A DNA stretch of 40,573 nt from an uncultured Actinomycetes bacterium (GTDB lineage: Bacteria; Actinomycetota; Actinomycetes; S36-B12; UBA5976), in the NCBI GenBank assembly GCA_903907835.1, contig CAIVPQ010000033.1, forward strand, positions 1 through 40,573, read 5' to 3'. Position numbers and translations under genes: made by a program. Positions 9,782-21,228 of the stretch are shown in pieces. The notes under the pieces are model-generated. The model saw only the letters and a program-made list of their open reading frames with translations. It made no database searches and was not told the origin of the DNA. How positions within the stretch are numbered: position 1 is the first letter of the stretch; each line of letters opens with the position of its first letter.

Positions 9782-11889
9782 GAGTTTTTGAGATTCTTCT
9801 TAATGAACTCCACCGACATCAACATGAGGTTTTCAGCAATCTTGGGTTGATGCGGCATGTGGGTTACTCCAGATAACGGCAATAAAGTGTGGTCTTTTGC
9901 TTCGGCCAGAAGTGCACGTGAGAGTTCCAATGAATGAGCGATTACCACATTGTCATCAATGAGACCGTGCACAAGCATCAGGGGACGGCTTAAATTTGCA
10001 GCTCGTGTCATCAGGGAGTGGTGTTCGTATACGCCTTCGGATTTATCAGGATGACCGAGGTAGCGCTCGCTATAGGCCGTGTCATACCAAAGCCATTCAG
10101 TAACTGGCGCTCCAGCAATTGCGACATGAAAAACATCCGGTCGTTCCAAGACGGCTAGTCCGGCCAGGTAACCGCCGAATGACCATCCCATGATTGCAAC
10201 TTGCTCAGGGTCCACATCATCTGGGAAAAGTTCTGCAACTCCAGTGATTGAGTCAACTTGATCCTGCAAGATTGGGCCGACAAAGTCTTGATAGATTGAC
10301 TTTTCCCAAGCTGGACCGCGCGCTGGTGTACCTCGGCCATCGGCGATGACAACTGCAAATCCCTGATCTGCGTACCACTGATCTTCATTGAAGTTTGTCG
10401 CGCCCTTAATTACACGCGCTCCGTGTGGACCACCGTAGGGGCGAGCCAGAATTGGCAGTTTCTTACTGCCCATGATGTGATCGCTTGGAAATAGCACCGC
10501 AGTATTTACCTGATTCGGTCCGGTCTTTAAGAATTCCACTTTTGGTTTAACTAATGCGCTCTCTGATTGTGAATCAAAGGCGTGAATTACTTTCTGCGCA
10601 CACGTTAGTTCGTAGGTGCGTTCATGATTGTCTAGGCGAGACTGCATCACAATCTGCAAAGCACCAAGACTGGTTTCAACAGCAGGGCTAACACCAGAAA
10701 CACCACCTGTAGTTAGGTAGGTGATGTCACCGTCGAGTTTTACCCGAACAATGTCGCGTGCAACACCATCGGTTGATATCTGTACCGTAATTGACTCATG
10801 ATCGCTGGTGACTACATTAAGAACTTGCATACCAATTGGCATCAACGAAATACCATCAAGCTGAAGTTCGCGGGTATCGGTTTGATAATTATCGACAATC
10901 GTGATTAATGATTCATTAATCCATCGGGGTTGTCCCGGGATAACCTCAATGAACTTTTCATCTGTAACGCTATGCACCAATGCCAGAGAATCATCCAGAA
11001 GAGCATAAGTATCTTGTTTGGTCTGGGCGCGGTTGCTAAGTGTCACCAGGGCAGGCCTAGCTTGTTGCCAGCGCACATTGATTAAGTATTCGTATTCATT
11101 TGATTCCCAGATTGGGTTGGGTGTTCCACCAGAAAGTTGAAAGTGAAGTAAAGATAATTTTGCATTAGCTTTTCCAGTGGCGGGATATTTCTGTTGCCTC
11201 GGGGCCTGCTCTGGGTTTACTGGATCACTAATCCACCAAGTCGCAACTGGAGAATTATCTACTCGTTGAACTAGCAAACTCTGGCTATCGGGTGACCACC
11301 AATATCCATGCATGCGCCCAAATTCCTCGGCGCTGACGAAATCCGCTAGACCCCAAGTCACGTTCTTGTCATCCGAAACAGCAAGTGCCCGCTCGTCGCG
11401 CCCAGCAATTGTGCAGGTGCGCAGTTCTTTGCCAGTTGACCAAGCAACATGCAGCCCATCAGGGGAGATTTGTGGATCAATGATTGGTTTCGTTACCTCA
11501 AGCTCAGCGAATTTACCACTTTCAATATTGAGGGTGACAAGTTCCCCAGCGAATGCAAAAACTATTACTTTGCCAGACTCATCACTTGCATAAGTTGTAA
11601 TGCCACTTCCTGTTTCGCGCATTCTTTCCCTGCGGGCTAATTCTTCGGCAGGCAACTCAGTGGTACCGAGCTGGACTAGGTGAGAGTCAAAAATCTTGTG
11701 CTCGATGTTATCGGCAAGGGAATACACCCACATGGAATTAACCGAGTCTCGGCTATGGTCACTTCTTAAAAAAGTGACGTAGGCGCCGTCCTTGGTGATT
11801 TGAAAACTACGAGGTGCCCCGAAGGAAAAACGTCCTGTGGCTGCCTGCTGGAGGGGAAATGTTTCGCTCATAATTTCTAAGTTTGTCAT
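9778..11889 (-). CDS. S9 family (dipeptidyl peptidase IV-like) serine peptidase
   Basis: Nucleophile motif [29 protein letters not shown] and C-terminal His; N-terminal DPP-IV propeller-like region; start may be the ATG at 11871. Confidence 0.92.
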   Translation of the reverse strand: MTNLEIMSETFPLQQAATGRFSFGAPRSFQITKDGAYVTFLRSDHSRDSVNSMWVYSLADNIEHKIFDSHLVQLGTTELPAEELARRERMRETGSGITTYASDESGKVIVFAFAGELVTLNIESGKFAELEVTKPIIDPQISPDGLHVAWSTGKELRTCTIAGRDERALAVSDDKNVTWGLADFVSAEEFGRMHGYWWSPDSQSLLVQRVDNSPVATWWISDPVNPEQAPRQQKYPATGKANAKLSLLHFQLSGGTPNPIWESNEYEYLINVRWQQARPALVTLSNRAQTKQDTYALLDDSLALVHSVTDEKFIEVIPGQPRWINESLITIVDNYQTDTRELQLDGISLMPIGMQVLNVVTSDHESITVQISTDGVARDIVRVKLDGDITYLTTGGVSGVSPAVETSLGALQIVMQSRLDNHERTYELTCAQKVIHAFDSQSESALVKPKVEFLKTGPNQVNTAVLFPSDHIMGSKKLPILARPYGGPHGARVIKGATNFNEDQWYADQGFAVVIADGRGTPARGPAWEKSIYQDFVGPILQDQVDSITGVAELFPDDVDPEQVAIMGWSFGGYLAGLAVLERPDVFHVAIAGAPVTEWLWYDTAYSERYLGHPDKSEGVYEHHSLMTRAANLSRPLMLVHGLIDDNVVIAHSLELSRALLAEAKDHTLLPLSGVTHMPHQPKIAENLMLMSVEFIKKNLKNS

Positions 11890-11952
11890 GCTCGTGCGTG
11901 TCCCGCCTCAAACTTGGGCATTTGCAATCTTTAAGCCTCGTAAAGTAGAGGA

Positions 11953-12837
11953 GTGTCACGCCGTCTGCTTTTAGTCCACGCCCATCCTGATGATGAAACC
12001 ATTGGATCTGGGGCAACTATGGCCAAGTACGTGGCCCAAGGCGCGCAGGTCACTCTGGTTACCTGCACACTCGGCGAAGAGGGTGAAATCCTTGTCCCTG
12101 AATTAGCTGCTCTAGCCTCAACCCATGACGATTTGCTGGGTGAGCATCGGATTGGCGAACTTGGCAATGCCATGGCACAACTTGGGGTCACTGACTGGCG
12201 TTTACTCGGCGGGCCAGGCACATATCGCGATAGCGGCATGATTGGAACTCCACCGAATGAACGTGCTGATAATTTCTGGCGAGCAGACCTGCTCCAAGCT
12301 GCTAACCATCTGGTCGGAATAATTCGAGAGGTTCGTCCTCAAGTGCTGGTTACTTATGACGACTTCGGCGGATACGGACATCCAGATCACATTCAGGCTC
12401 ATCGAGTTGCGATGTACGCCGCTAGTTTGGCTGGAGTTGCTTCATATCAACCTGACTTGGGATCGGCTTGGAATGTTAAAAAAATCTATTGGACTGCATT
12501 CCCGATGAGTGTGATCCAAGCGGGGATGGAAGCACTAGCCAAAGCTGGCGACACCACTACATTCGCATCTCAAGATCCACAAGACATCCCATTTGCTTGT
12601 CCAGATGAATTCGTTACCACCGTAATTGATGGCACCGAATTTGTGGAGCGCAAGATGGCTGCACTGCAGGCACATGCCACGCAAATTAGCACTGATAGTG
12701 GCTTCTTTGCCCTTTCAAATAATTTAGGCGCAGAAGTACTCGGGCATGAGTACTATCGCTTGGCCAAGGGTGAAGTGGCTGGCCCATTCGACAAAGACGG
12801 CCGTGAGATTGATTTATTCGCAGGACTTGAGGCATAG
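11953..12837 (+). CDS. mshB: GlcNAc-Ins deacetylase of mycothiol biosynthesis
   Basis: HAHPDDE, TCTLGEEGE, YRDSGM, GGYGHPDHIQAH, AHATQI; TAAAGT -10 6 nt before the GTG. Confidence 0.94.
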   Translation: MSRRLLLVHAHPDDETIGSGATMAKYVAQGAQVTLVTCTLGEEGEILVPELAALASTHDDLLGEHRIGELGNAMAQLGVTDWRLLGGPGTYRDSGMIGTPPNERADNFWRADLLQAANHLVGIIREVRPQVLVTYDDFGGYGHPDHIQAHRVAMYAASLAGVASYQPDLGSAWNVKKIYWTAFPMSVIQAGMEALAKAGDTTTFASQDPQDIPFACPDEFVTTVIDGTEFVERKMAALQAHATQISTDSGFFALSNNLGAEVLGHEYYRLAKGEVAGPFDKDGREIDLFAGLEA

Positions 12838-13278
12838 GTGAACAGACTCATCGCCTTCGCCGCTGGTTTTTTCGCAGGCATATTTGGCTCGACGTTTGCT
12901 GGGTTTGTTCATGCGGGTCGAGGGGTCGCACAGTCGCAAATCATTTATTTTGGTGTCCCATTGGCAATCGCAATTTTGGTTGGTTCGCTTTTATTGTTGA
13001 ATCGCTATTTTCAAACACGCCTAGCGGGACTTGGCTTCCTTTTGGCTTGGATTGTTATTACTTGCAAGTTGGCTGTTGAAAGTTTCGATGGCGATCTAAT
13101 CCTTTCCTACACAACTTTCACCAGCGCCTATCTTGTTGGAGCTGCTGTGCTGTTGGGCATAGCCTCAAGCCTGAGGCCACTTCGCCCACTTGATAACGGG
13201 TATGACGATTCACGACTCTCGGAACTAAGTAATGAAAGTGTTCAATCAAAATTGACATTAGAGGAGCGTCAATTTTGA
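12838..13278 (+). CDS. Small integral membrane protein (DUF6113-like, usual neighbour of mshB)
   Basis: About four hydrophobic segments, GDL motif; starts immediately after the mshB stop; family call from synteny only. Confidence 0.65.
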   Translation: MNRLIAFAAGFFAGIFGSTFAGFVHAGRGVAQSQIIYFGVPLAIAILVGSLLLLNRYFQTRLAGLGFLLAWIVITCKLAVESFDGDLILSYTTFTSAYLVGAAVLLGIASSLRPLRPLDNGYDDSRLSELSNESVQSKLTLEERQF

Positions 13279-14984
13279 GCAAAATATCGGTTGTAAAAAA
13301 ATCTGTTAAGACACTTGCTATTACAGCGATAGTTGCCAGCGGCGCTTATGGACTACTTTTTTATTTTCAAGGAGATGGAATCCCGAATCGGGCAAGCGTG
13401 GGTTCGGTTTCAGTGGGCGGCATGACTTTGAGCCAGGCCCAGACCAAACTCCAAAATGAATTAATCGCGCAAGCCCAGAAACCTCTTGCAGTTTCACTCG
13501 ATAAGCAAGAGTACGCAATCAACCCGGTGGTTTCGGGGTTGAGCATAAACAGGGATGCAACACTAGCTCAATTGACTGGACGCAAAACTAATCCAATTTT
13601 GGCGTTCCAAAGAGTGTTCGGCCACCTAGTTGTCCAGCCAATCACTGTAATTGATCGAAAGATTTTGGTCGCTAATTTGCAGACAGTCGCAAACGCAAGC
13701 GACACATTGGCTGTTGAACCAAGCATTGTCTTTGTTGGCGATGCACCCAAAATTAATAACGGAAAGATAGGCCGAGGTATTGACCTTGCGGCAAGTGCAC
13801 AACTAATCGCTCAGGCTTATCCATCTCAGGCAAAGGTTTTGAAGCTACCTATGCAGGATAAAGTACCGAGCGTCTCAGATATCGCGATGGATGAGTACCT
13901 TCCCAAAGCGTTAACTGCAGTAGCGACTCCAGTGGACATAGCAATTGGAAAGCAAAAGGTGATTTTTTCCGCGCAGACCATTCGAGCGACCACATCGTTT
14001 GTTGGCGATGATTCGAAAATAATTTTGCAGGTTGATGGTGATCTGCTCTTGGAAGAGATAAATCGCAAATTACCAAAATTGGGGATTGCGGCAAAGGACG
14101 CTTCATTCAAAATTTATCGGGGCAAGCCCTACGTCGTTCCTGAAACTCCAGGTCGTGGGGTCACGAGTGAAGAAATTGCGTTGAGCGTTAAGTCTGCCAT
14201 TTCAAATTCAAAAAACCGCAGTGCCAAAATTGCATTGGCTGAAATCCAGCCTGAATTTACAGCAAAAAAAGCCAAGACTTTAGGCATCGTTGAAAAGCTT
14301 GGGACTTATACGCAGAACTTCCCCTATGCGGCTTACCGAGTTACCAACATTGGTCGCGCTGCCTACTATTTAAACGACACCATTGTTATGCCGGGTGAGA
14401 CTTTCTCGATGAATGACACCGTGAAGGAACGCACTGTCGCTAATGGCTACACCACAGGGTTCATCATCGGACCTGGCGGACAATTCCGCGAAGATCTGGG
14501 TGGCGGAGTTTCAACAGCGACAAGCGCGATGTGGGCTGCCGCTTTTTATTCCAACATGACTCGAGTCGAACAGCGAGCACACTCATTTTGGATTTCGCGC
14601 TATCAACCAGGTCTAGAAGCGACTGTTTCATGGGGCTCGCTGGATATGCGGTGGAAAAATCCGCTCAAGACTGCTGTGCTCATCAAGGCATCAATCACGA
14701 ATAGTTCAGTGACCGTGACGCTCTATGGCACAAAAACATATGATGACATTCAGGCAATCAGCTCGCCTGAGCGAAACATCCGTACCTACGCAACGGTCTA
14801 TAGCCAAGATCCAGGGTGTGTTGCACAAGATGGGGTCCAAGGTTTTGATATCACGGTGACGCGCAGAGTGACTCGTGTCGGTGGGAAAACTACGAACGAA
14901 GACTTTGTGACAAGTTACGCGGCAGGGCCGCATGTGATTTGTGGCGTGGCCCCGAGTGCCACTCCAAAACCAAGCCGAAGTTAG
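13275..14984 (+). CDS. VanW-family protein with N-terminal membrane anchor and putative peptidoglycan-binding repeats
   Basis: R-TNI--AA--LN-TIVMPGETFSMN, GGGVS--TS, ER-AHSFWISRYQPGLEATV, DMRWKN VanW motifs; TTGA overlap with upstream gene. Confidence 0.88.
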   Translation: MSKISVVKKSVKTLAITAIVASGAYGLLFYFQGDGIPNRASVGSVSVGGMTLSQAQTKLQNELIAQAQKPLAVSLDKQEYAINPVVSGLSINRDATLAQLTGRKTNPILAFQRVFGHLVVQPITVIDRKILVANLQTVANASDTLAVEPSIVFVGDAPKINNGKIGRGIDLAASAQLIAQAYPSQAKVLKLPMQDKVPSVSDIAMDEYLPKALTAVATPVDIAIGKQKVIFSAQTIRATTSFVGDDSKIILQVDGDLLLEEINRKLPKLGIAAKDASFKIYRGKPYVVPETPGRGVTSEEIALSVKSAISNSKNRSAKIALAEIQPEFTAKKAKTLGIVEKLGTYTQNFPYAAYRVTNIGRAAYYLNDTIVMPGETFSMNDTVKERTVANGYTTGFIIGPGGQFREDLGGGVSTATSAMWAAAFYSNMTRVEQRAHSFWISRYQPGLEATVSWGSLDMRWKNPLKTAVLIKASITNSSVTVTLYGTKTYDDIQAISSPERNIRTYATVYSQDPGCVAQDGVQGFDITVTRRVTRVGGKTTNEDFVTSYAAGPHVICGVAPSATPKPSRS

Positions 14985-15086
14985 TTCTTGCGACACGACC
15001 GAGCTTGCTCTGGCACATCACCCAATTGGCAGGTACGGTTAGACAGTTGAGACTTTTAACTCGACAAGTTCAATTTTGGAGGATTC

Positions 15087-15407
15087 GTGACTTATGTAAT
15101 CGCGCTACCTTGTGTAGATCTCAAGGACAAGGCTTGCATTGAAGAGTGCCCAGTAGATTGCATCTACGAAGGCGATCGCATGATGTACATCCATCCAGAT
15201 GAGTGTGTTGACTGTGGCGCCTGCGAGCCAGTGTGCCCGACCGAAGCAATCTTCTACGAAGATGATGTGCCCGCACAATGGAATGACTTTACTAAGGCAA
15301 ATGTTGATTTCTTTGAGACTCTGGGTTCTCCAGGTGGGGCTGCTAAGACTGGGCTAACTTCCAACGATCCAGAAATGGTCAAAGCACTTCCTCCACAGGA
15401 GCACTAA
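15087..15407 (+). CDS. fdxA: 7Fe ferredoxin
   Basis: [40 protein letters not shown]; GGAGG SD. Confidence 0.97.
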   Translation: MTYVIALPCVDLKDKACIEECPVDCIYEGDRMMYIHPDECVDCGACEPVCPTEAIFYEDDVPAQWNDFTKANVDFFETLGSPGGAAKTGLTSNDPEMVKALPPQEH

Positions 15408-15422
15408 CTGTTCGCGCCACTC

Positions 15423-16505
15423 GTGGCTGGTCTGCCAGATTTTCCTTGGGATCGAATTGCTCAAGCCGGCCAGGTAGCCAAATCGCATCGAGACAGAATT
15501 GTTGACCTATCAATTGGTACTCCCGTTGATAAAACACCAGAAATAATCCAGCAAGCGCTTGCTGCTGCCACAAATGCGCCAGGTTATCCAACAGCAGCCG
15601 GCTCAGTTGAGTTGCGCCAAGCATGGGCGGATTGGGCGAACTCAAATGCGGGCGCCAACATAAATGTCAATGAAGTCTCACCGACTATTGGGTCTAAAGA
15701 AATTGTCGCGTGGCTGGCCACAATCTTGGGACTCAACGAAACTGCAGTAGTAGCCATCCCAGAATTGGCTTATCCGACTTACGCAGTTGGGGCCATGATG
15801 GCTCGAGCAAAATTTGTCACCTACAAAGATGCGCAATCGATTCCAGCAACGGCAAACTTAATTTGGGTAAATTCTCCAAGCAATCCCACGGGCGGCGTTC
15901 TTGATGTTGCGCAGATGAGTGCGATTGTTGCGCGCGGTCGGGAAATCGGAGCTCCGGTAGTTAGTGACGAGTGCTATTTCGAACTTGGTTGGACGGCCAC
16001 TCCAATTTCTATTCTTGATACTCGAGTATGTGGCGACTCTAATGAGGGCGTACTAGCCGTTCATTCGTTATCAAAACGATCAAATCTTGCAGGCTATCGC
16101 TCTGGTTCAATCATGGGTGATGAAAGTTTGATCACCTCAATCATTGGAGCGCGCAAACACGCAGGTATGTTGCTAGCCACTCCCATTCAGGCCGCAACAA
16201 TCGCTGCTCTTGCTGACCGAGATCATGTCTTGCTGCAAAAAGATTGTTATGGCAAGCGGCGTGATATTCTTCACAATGCGCTCGTCCAAGCTGGTTTTAG
16301 TATTGAGCATTCGCAGGCTGGTTTATACCTTTGGGCTACTCGCGGTAAAGATTGCCTTGATACGGTCAATTGGTTTGCGAACCTTGGCATTTTGGTAGCA
16401 CCAGGCGATTTCTATGGACCAGCAGGCGCCAAGCATGTTCGGGTTGCTTTGACTGCTACGGACGAAAGAATTTTGACGGCGGCCAGCAGGCTAGCCGATA
16501 GTTAA
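15423..16505 (+). CDS. dapC: N-succinyldiaminopimelate aminotransferase
   Basis: LPDFPWD, DLSIGTPVD, NSPSNPTG, SDECY, PLP-lysine motif SLSKRSNLAGYR; follows fdxA. Confidence 0.94.
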   Translation: MAGLPDFPWDRIAQAGQVAKSHRDRIVDLSIGTPVDKTPEIIQQALAAATNAPGYPTAAGSVELRQAWADWANSNAGANINVNEVSPTIGSKEIVAWLATILGLNETAVVAIPELAYPTYAVGAMMARAKFVTYKDAQSIPATANLIWVNSPSNPTGGVLDVAQMSAIVARGREIGAPVVSDECYFELGWTATPISILDTRVCGDSNEGVLAVHSLSKRSNLAGYRSGSIMGDESLITSIIGARKHAGMLLATPIQAATIAALADRDHVLLQKDCYGKRRDILHNALVQAGFSIEHSQAGLYLWATRGKDCLDTVNWFANLGILVAPGDFYGPAGAKHVRVALTATDERILTAASRLADS

Positions 16506-16554
16506 ATGCCAGTGCGTTTAACAAGATAACTCGATTGAATAGTAGGTTTGTCCT

Positions 16555-17838
16555 ATGCCTGATGCCACACTCAATCACGAAAACGGTCAATCAAACCTTG
16601 GTGAAGTTCCCAGCACCGTTGGTTCCTCGGGCCTTGATATTTCTAAATTGCTCAAGGACACCGGACATGTGACTTTGGATCATGGCTTTATGAACACAGC
16701 CGCATGCTCGTCAAGCATCACCTACATTGATGGCGATCAGGGCATTTTGCGATACCGCGGGTATCCAATCGAGCAACTTGCAGAGAACAGCACATTTCTA
16801 GAGACTTCATACCTTTTGATTTACGGCTCATTGCCAAGTGCAACACAGCTCGCTGACTTTGAGTCAAACATCAGTCGCCACACAATGGTGCACGAAGATC
16901 TTCGTCGCTTCTTTGATGGCTTCCCTCGCGACGCACATCCAATGCCAGTGCTTAGTAGCGCGGTAAGCGCGCTTTCGACTTTTTACCAAGATTCCCTTGA
17001 TCCATTCGATCCGCGTCATGTTGAGATATCGACCATTCGTTTGATGGCGAAAGTTCCTACCCTGGCTGCATACGCACACAAGAAGACTGCTGGACAGCCT
17101 TACATGTATCCAGACAACAATCTTGGGTATGTTGCCAACTTCTTGAGCATGACTTTTGGGGTACCCGCTGAAAAGTATGTTGTTAATGAGGAGATTGTTA
17201 AGGCATTAGACATGCTTTTCATCTTGCATGCTGATCACGAACAGAATTGCTCGACCTCGACCGTGCGCATGGTTGGATCATCACACGCCAACATGTTCGC
17301 GTCTATTTCCGCTGGAATCAACGCGTTATTTGGACCATTGCACGGTGGTGCAAATCAGGCAGTACTTGAAATGCTTCATGAAATTCAAGATTCTGGCGAC
17401 AGCGTGGAGAAATTCATCAGCCGCGTTAAGAACCGCGAAGATGGAATTCGTCTCATGGGCTTTGGACATCGTGTCTACAAGAATTACGACCCGCGGGCTG
17501 CCATTGTTAAAAAGCATGCACACTCAATCTTGGAAATGCTCGGCGTCCAAGATCCGTTATTTGATATTGCACGCCAACTTGAAGAAGCTGCTCTGGACGA
17601 TGAATTCTTCATTGAGCGAAGCTTGTACCCAAATGTTGATTTTTACACGGGCTTGATCTATCGCGCGATTGGATTCCCAATCCAGATGTTCACAGTACTT
17701 TTTGCCATGGGTCGCTTACCAGGTTGGATTGCGCAATGGCAGGAAATGATTACCGATCCAACGACAAAGATTGGTCGTCCTCGCCAGGTTTACATTGGTG
17801 AAGACGCTCGTGACTACAAGCCGCTAAATCTTCGTTAA
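16555..17838 (+). CDS. gltA: Citrate synthase (hexameric type)
   Basis: ITYIDGDQGILRYRGY, HADHEQNCSTS, GPLHGGAN, GFGHRVYKNYDPRA, YPNVDFY. Confidence 0.97.
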   Translation: MPDATLNHENGQSNLGEVPSTVGSSGLDISKLLKDTGHVTLDHGFMNTAACSSSITYIDGDQGILRYRGYPIEQLAENSTFLETSYLLIYGSLPSATQLADFESNISRHTMVHEDLRRFFDGFPRDAHPMPVLSSAVSALSTFYQDSLDPFDPRHVEISTIRLMAKVPTLAAYAHKKTAGQPYMYPDNNLGYVANFLSMTFGVPAEKYVVNEEIVKALDMLFILHADHEQNCSTSTVRMVGSSHANMFASISAGINALFGPLHGGANQAVLEMLHEIQDSGDSVEKFISRVKNREDGIRLMGFGHRVYKNYDPRAAIVKKHAHSILEMLGVQDPLFDIARQLEEAALDDEFFIERSLYPNVDFYTGLIYRAIGFPIQMFTVLFAMGRLPGWIAQWQEMITDPTTKIGRPRQVYIGEDARDYKPLNLR

Positions 17839-18752
17839 TTCTTGTGTAGGGCGCTGTTTAGGCCACCCCATGAGCCTTCACGTTGCACGGCTTCTAAAGC
17901 TCCGCTGATGGAATTGCGGCGATAAAGCAAACCATTGGCACCTGATAATTCCCGGGCCTTGACGATTGTGGAATCGGGCAACTGAATCTTGGATGCGGCA
18001 GTGATGTAGGTACCAGATTCGATAATGCAGTTATCGCCTAGGGAAATTCCAACACCGGCATTTGCCCCGACCAGGCTGTTCTCGCCGATTGAGATAACTT
18101 CTTTGCCACCACCGGATAGTGTGCCCATGATGCTTGCGCCACCGCCGATGTCTGAACCATTGCCAACCGTAACTCCAGAAGACACGCGACCTTCAACCAT
18201 GCTGACACCTAATGTGCCCGCATTAAAGTTCACAAAACCTTCATGCATGATCGTGGTTCCTGAGGCAAGGTGTGCGCCAAGACGTACGCGATCAGCATCA
18301 GCAATGCGAACGCCAGATGGCACAACATAATCAACCATGCGTGGAAACTTGTCGACACTAAAGACAGTCAGGTGCTCACCCTTGATTCGGGCCTTGAGTT
18401 GTACTCGGCTTAGATTCTCAATTGCGACTGGTCCTAGCGAAGTCCAAGCCACATTAGTGAGCAGGCCGAAAATCCCATCGAGATTTACCGAATGGGGAGT
18501 GACTAGGCGATGAGAGAGTAAATGTAAGCGCAGGTATGCATCGGCAGCATCAGTTGGCGCAGAATCTAGATCTGCAATCTGTGTTGAAATTATTTGGGTA
18601 CGCACTTCACGCAATTCGTCATTAGTTGAAGCGTTATCTAGACCACTAGTTGATTTGGCTTCAATGCCTAATGCGGGCTCGGGATACCAAACATCAAGCA
18701 AAGTTTCACCTGAATATGTTGCAATACCGATCGCGGCTGCTGAAGTTGCCAT
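17835..18752 (-). CDS. dapD: Tetrahydrodipicolinate N-succinyltransferase (actinobacterial type)
   Basis: [40 protein letters not shown], hexapeptide repeats; GAGGA SD. Confidence 0.96.
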   Translation of the reverse strand: [305 protein letters not shown]

Positions 18753-18819
18753 GAAATTCCTCGCTTAAGTTTGCGCATATGAATTGAGTTGTTCATTCGT
18801 ACACGACTACCGTAGTCCT

Positions 18820-19929
18820 GTGGAGCCTTTATCGTTAAACCCTGAGCAGGGTGTTGTGTCCCTAACTTTGGAACTTATAGATATTCCAAGTGTTTCCGGG
18901 GATGAAACTGCTATTGCCGATGCGGTAGAAAAAGCCTTGCGCCAATGCGAATGGCTTGAGGTCTTCAGATTTCGAAATAATGTCGTTGCTAAAACATCCT
19001 TAGGTCGACCGAGCCGAGTGATTCTGGCTGGTCATCTTGATACAGTCCCAGCGGCAGATAATGCCAAAGCCCTGAAGATTCTCGCGGGAGAAGTATTGCC
19101 AAGCGATAAGTCAGTCGTCCCAGAGGATGTGCTTTTCGGACTTGGTGCCTGCGACATGAAAGGCGGAGTAGCGGTTGCAATGCGTGCTGCCACTTCGATC
19201 AGTGAACCAATCTTTGATGTCACTTATCTTTTTTATGAATGTGAAGAAATCGAAAGTGCTCGTAATGGTTTAACTCTGATTGCCAGAGAGCATCCTGAAT
19301 GGCTAGAAGCGGATGTTGCCATATTGCTTGAACCATCTAATTCAGTTATCGAAGCAGGATGTCAGGGAACATTACGTGCGCGAGTCTATTCAGCAGGTGC
19401 CCGCGCGCATAGCGCGAGATCCTGGCTCGGAACCAATGCCATTCATTTGTTAACTGGCGCGCTCGCGACTCTAAACACCTATCAGGCCCAAGAAGTGCTA
19501 ATTGATGGTCTGACTTACCGTGAAGGGTTAAATGCCGTAGGAATCGCTGGCGGAGTCGCCGGAAATGTGATCCCTGATGAGGCGTACATCGACATTAACT
19601 ATCGTTACGCACCAAGTAAGTCTGCTCAAGATGCCCAAGATCACATCGTTGGATTATTTAGCGACTATGAAGTTGCAATTCTCGATAATGCACAGGGTGC
19701 GTTACCTGGATTAACGCAACCAGCAATCCAGGATTTATTAGCCAGAGTGGGCGGTCAAGCATCAGCGAAACTTGGCTGGACTGATGTGGCCAGATTCTCT
19801 AGTTTGGGAATACCCGCGGTAAATCTTGGTCCAGCAGATCCAGGTTTGGCTCATTCTAGGAATGAACATGTGACTGTTGCGCAGTTGCAAAAGTGTGAAG
19901 AAATTATTTTCTCTTGGCTTAATGGTTAA
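18820..19929 (+). CDS. dapE: Succinyl-diaminopimelate desuccinylase
   Basis: AGHLDTVP, G-GACDMKGG, ECEEI, HSARSWLG-NAIH, GWTDVARF, AH--NE; start moved to GTG 18820, which lies 6 nt after TACCGT. Confidence 0.94.
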   Translation: MEPLSLNPEQGVVSLTLELIDIPSVSGDETAIADAVEKALRQCEWLEVFRFRNNVVAKTSLGRPSRVILAGHLDTVPAADNAKALKILAGEVLPSDKSVVPEDVLFGLGACDMKGGVAVAMRAATSISEPIFDVTYLFYECEEIESARNGLTLIAREHPEWLEADVAILLEPSNSVIEAGCQGTLRARVYSAGARAHSARSWLGTNAIHLLTGALATLNTYQAQEVLIDGLTYREGLNAVGIAGGVAGNVIPDEAYIDINYRYAPSKSAQDAQDHIVGLFSDYEVAILDNAQGALPGLTQPAIQDLLARVGGQASAKLGWTDVARFSSLGIPAVNLGPADPGLAHSRNEHVTVAQLQKCEEIIFSWLNG

Positions 19930-19966
19930 CACACCACATCTCTTACCAAAGGGCTAACGTGTAACT

Positions 19967-20779
19967 ATGAGCGAACACGAAAGCGTGCAGCGCGAGGGAC
20001 CTATTACTCGTCGCGGTCATGCCAAAGTTAGAACCACAACTGATCAACGACTGCTAGATAGTCGCGGTGCCACCGAATGGGTGCATGAAGACCCCTGGCG
20101 CGTCATGCGCATTCAATCGGAGTTTGTGAATGGATTTGGCGCCCTAGCTGAACTTGGGCCAGCTTTCAGTATCTTTGGCAGCGCTAGAACTTCTCCCGAT
20201 GACCCGATGTATGCCAAAGCTGAAGAGCTTGCTCGACGCTTATCTGCGCGTGGGTTCAACATCATCACAGGTGGCGGGCCAGGAATTATGGAAGCGGCAA
20301 ACAAAGGCTGCTTTGCTGAGCCTGGACTTTCAGTGGGCCTTGGGATCGAACTTCCCTTTGAACAAGGGGTGAATCAATACGTTGAGTTAGCCATTGATTT
20401 TCGTTATTTCTTTGCGCGCAAAACAATGTTTATAAAGTATGCCCAAGGATTTGTGGTTTTCCCTGGGGGCTACGGAACTCTTGATGAATTATTTGAGGCA
20501 TTGACCTTGGTGCAGACCAAAAAGGTCACATCTTTCCCCGTAGTGCTGATGGGAAAGACCTATTGGACCCCACTTGTTGAGTGGTTACGAAATACTGTCG
20601 CAGTCGATGGAAAAATCTCACTTAGTGATTTAGATATGTTTCATGTCACCGATGACATAGATGAAGCAATAGATATTCTTGTTACAGCAAACGCTATCCG
20701 TTCTCGCGCGGTAGATTTACGTACAGGATTGCGAACTAGCGCAGATGAATTACCTGAACAGATTGCTGAAGAACGATGA
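19967..20779 (+). CDS. LOG family (TIGR00730) nucleotide phosphoribohydrolase-like protein
   Basis: FGSAR, TGGGPGIMEAANKG, FRYFFARK, PGGYGTLDE. Confidence 0.93.
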   Translation: MSEHESVQREGPITRRGHAKVRTTTDQRLLDSRGATEWVHEDPWRVMRIQSEFVNGFGALAELGPAFSIFGSARTSPDDPMYAKAEELARRLSARGFNIITGGGPGIMEAANKGCFAEPGLSVGLGIELPFEQGVNQYVELAIDFRYFFARKTMFIKYAQGFVVFPGGYGTLDELFEALTLVQTKKVTSFPVVLMGKTYWTPLVEWLRNTVAVDGKISLSDLDMFHVTDDIDEAIDILVTANAIRSRAVDLRTGLRTSADELPEQIAEER

Positions 20780-21228
20780 AATTAGAGCACGTAGAAGTAA
20801 CAGTCGACATACAAGCAACTACACAACATGTGTGGGATGCCATTACAAATTGGACCGCACAAGATAAGTGGATGTTAGGGACGCGAGTTAAGCCTGTTCA
20901 CGGAGATGGCAAAGACATCGGCGGCCAGATTGAAGCGTTTACTGGGATCTGGAAGATCGGTTTTCTCGACACCATGGAAATTACTAGGTGGGATCCACCT
21001 CATCGCTGTGATGTTTTGCATACTGGTCGGGTGGTGCGGGGCACCGGCACATTCGCCGTGAACGCACTGAGCGCACAAACCAGTAGATTCATTTGGAGCG
21101 AAGACTTGGTATTGCCATTGGGCATACTTGGGAAAATGGGTTTTTGGCTGATGAAGCCGCTATTTGTAGCTGGTGTTCGCAAATCCTTGTCGAAGTTTGC
21201 CAATATGGTTGAACAGGGCCAGATTTAG
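20776..21228 (+). CDS. SRPBCC/polyketide cyclase-like protein
   Basis: VW-AITNW-AQ-KWMLGT, DTMEITRWDPP, HTGRVVRG-G-F, WSE; ATGA overlap with LOG gene. Confidence 0.82.
   Translation: MKLEHVEVTVDIQATTQHVWDAITNWTAQDKWMLGTRVKPVHGDGKDIGGQIEAFTGIWKIGFLDTMEITRWDPPHRCDVLHTGRVVRGTGTFAVNALSAQTSRFIWSEDLVLPLGILGKMGFWLMKPLFVAGVRKSLSKFANMVEQGQI

Noticed and set aside
13275-14984. VanW as evidence of vancomycin resistance
   Set aside because: No vanHAX/vanRS nearby; VanW-domain proteins are common cell-wall-associated proteins at this locus
14939-15142. 67-aa ORF bridging VanW and fdxA
   Set aside because: Overlaps both real genes and the fdxA SD; no motif or RBS
17228-17656. 142-aa same-strand alternative-frame ORF within gltA
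   Set aside because: No SD or recognisable domain; consistent with a by-product of codon bias in the real gene
16555-17838. Citrate synthase inside the dap cluster as a novel arrangement
   Set aside because: I recall the fdxA-dapC-gltA/dapD order from other Actinobacteria, and gltA has its own -10 element
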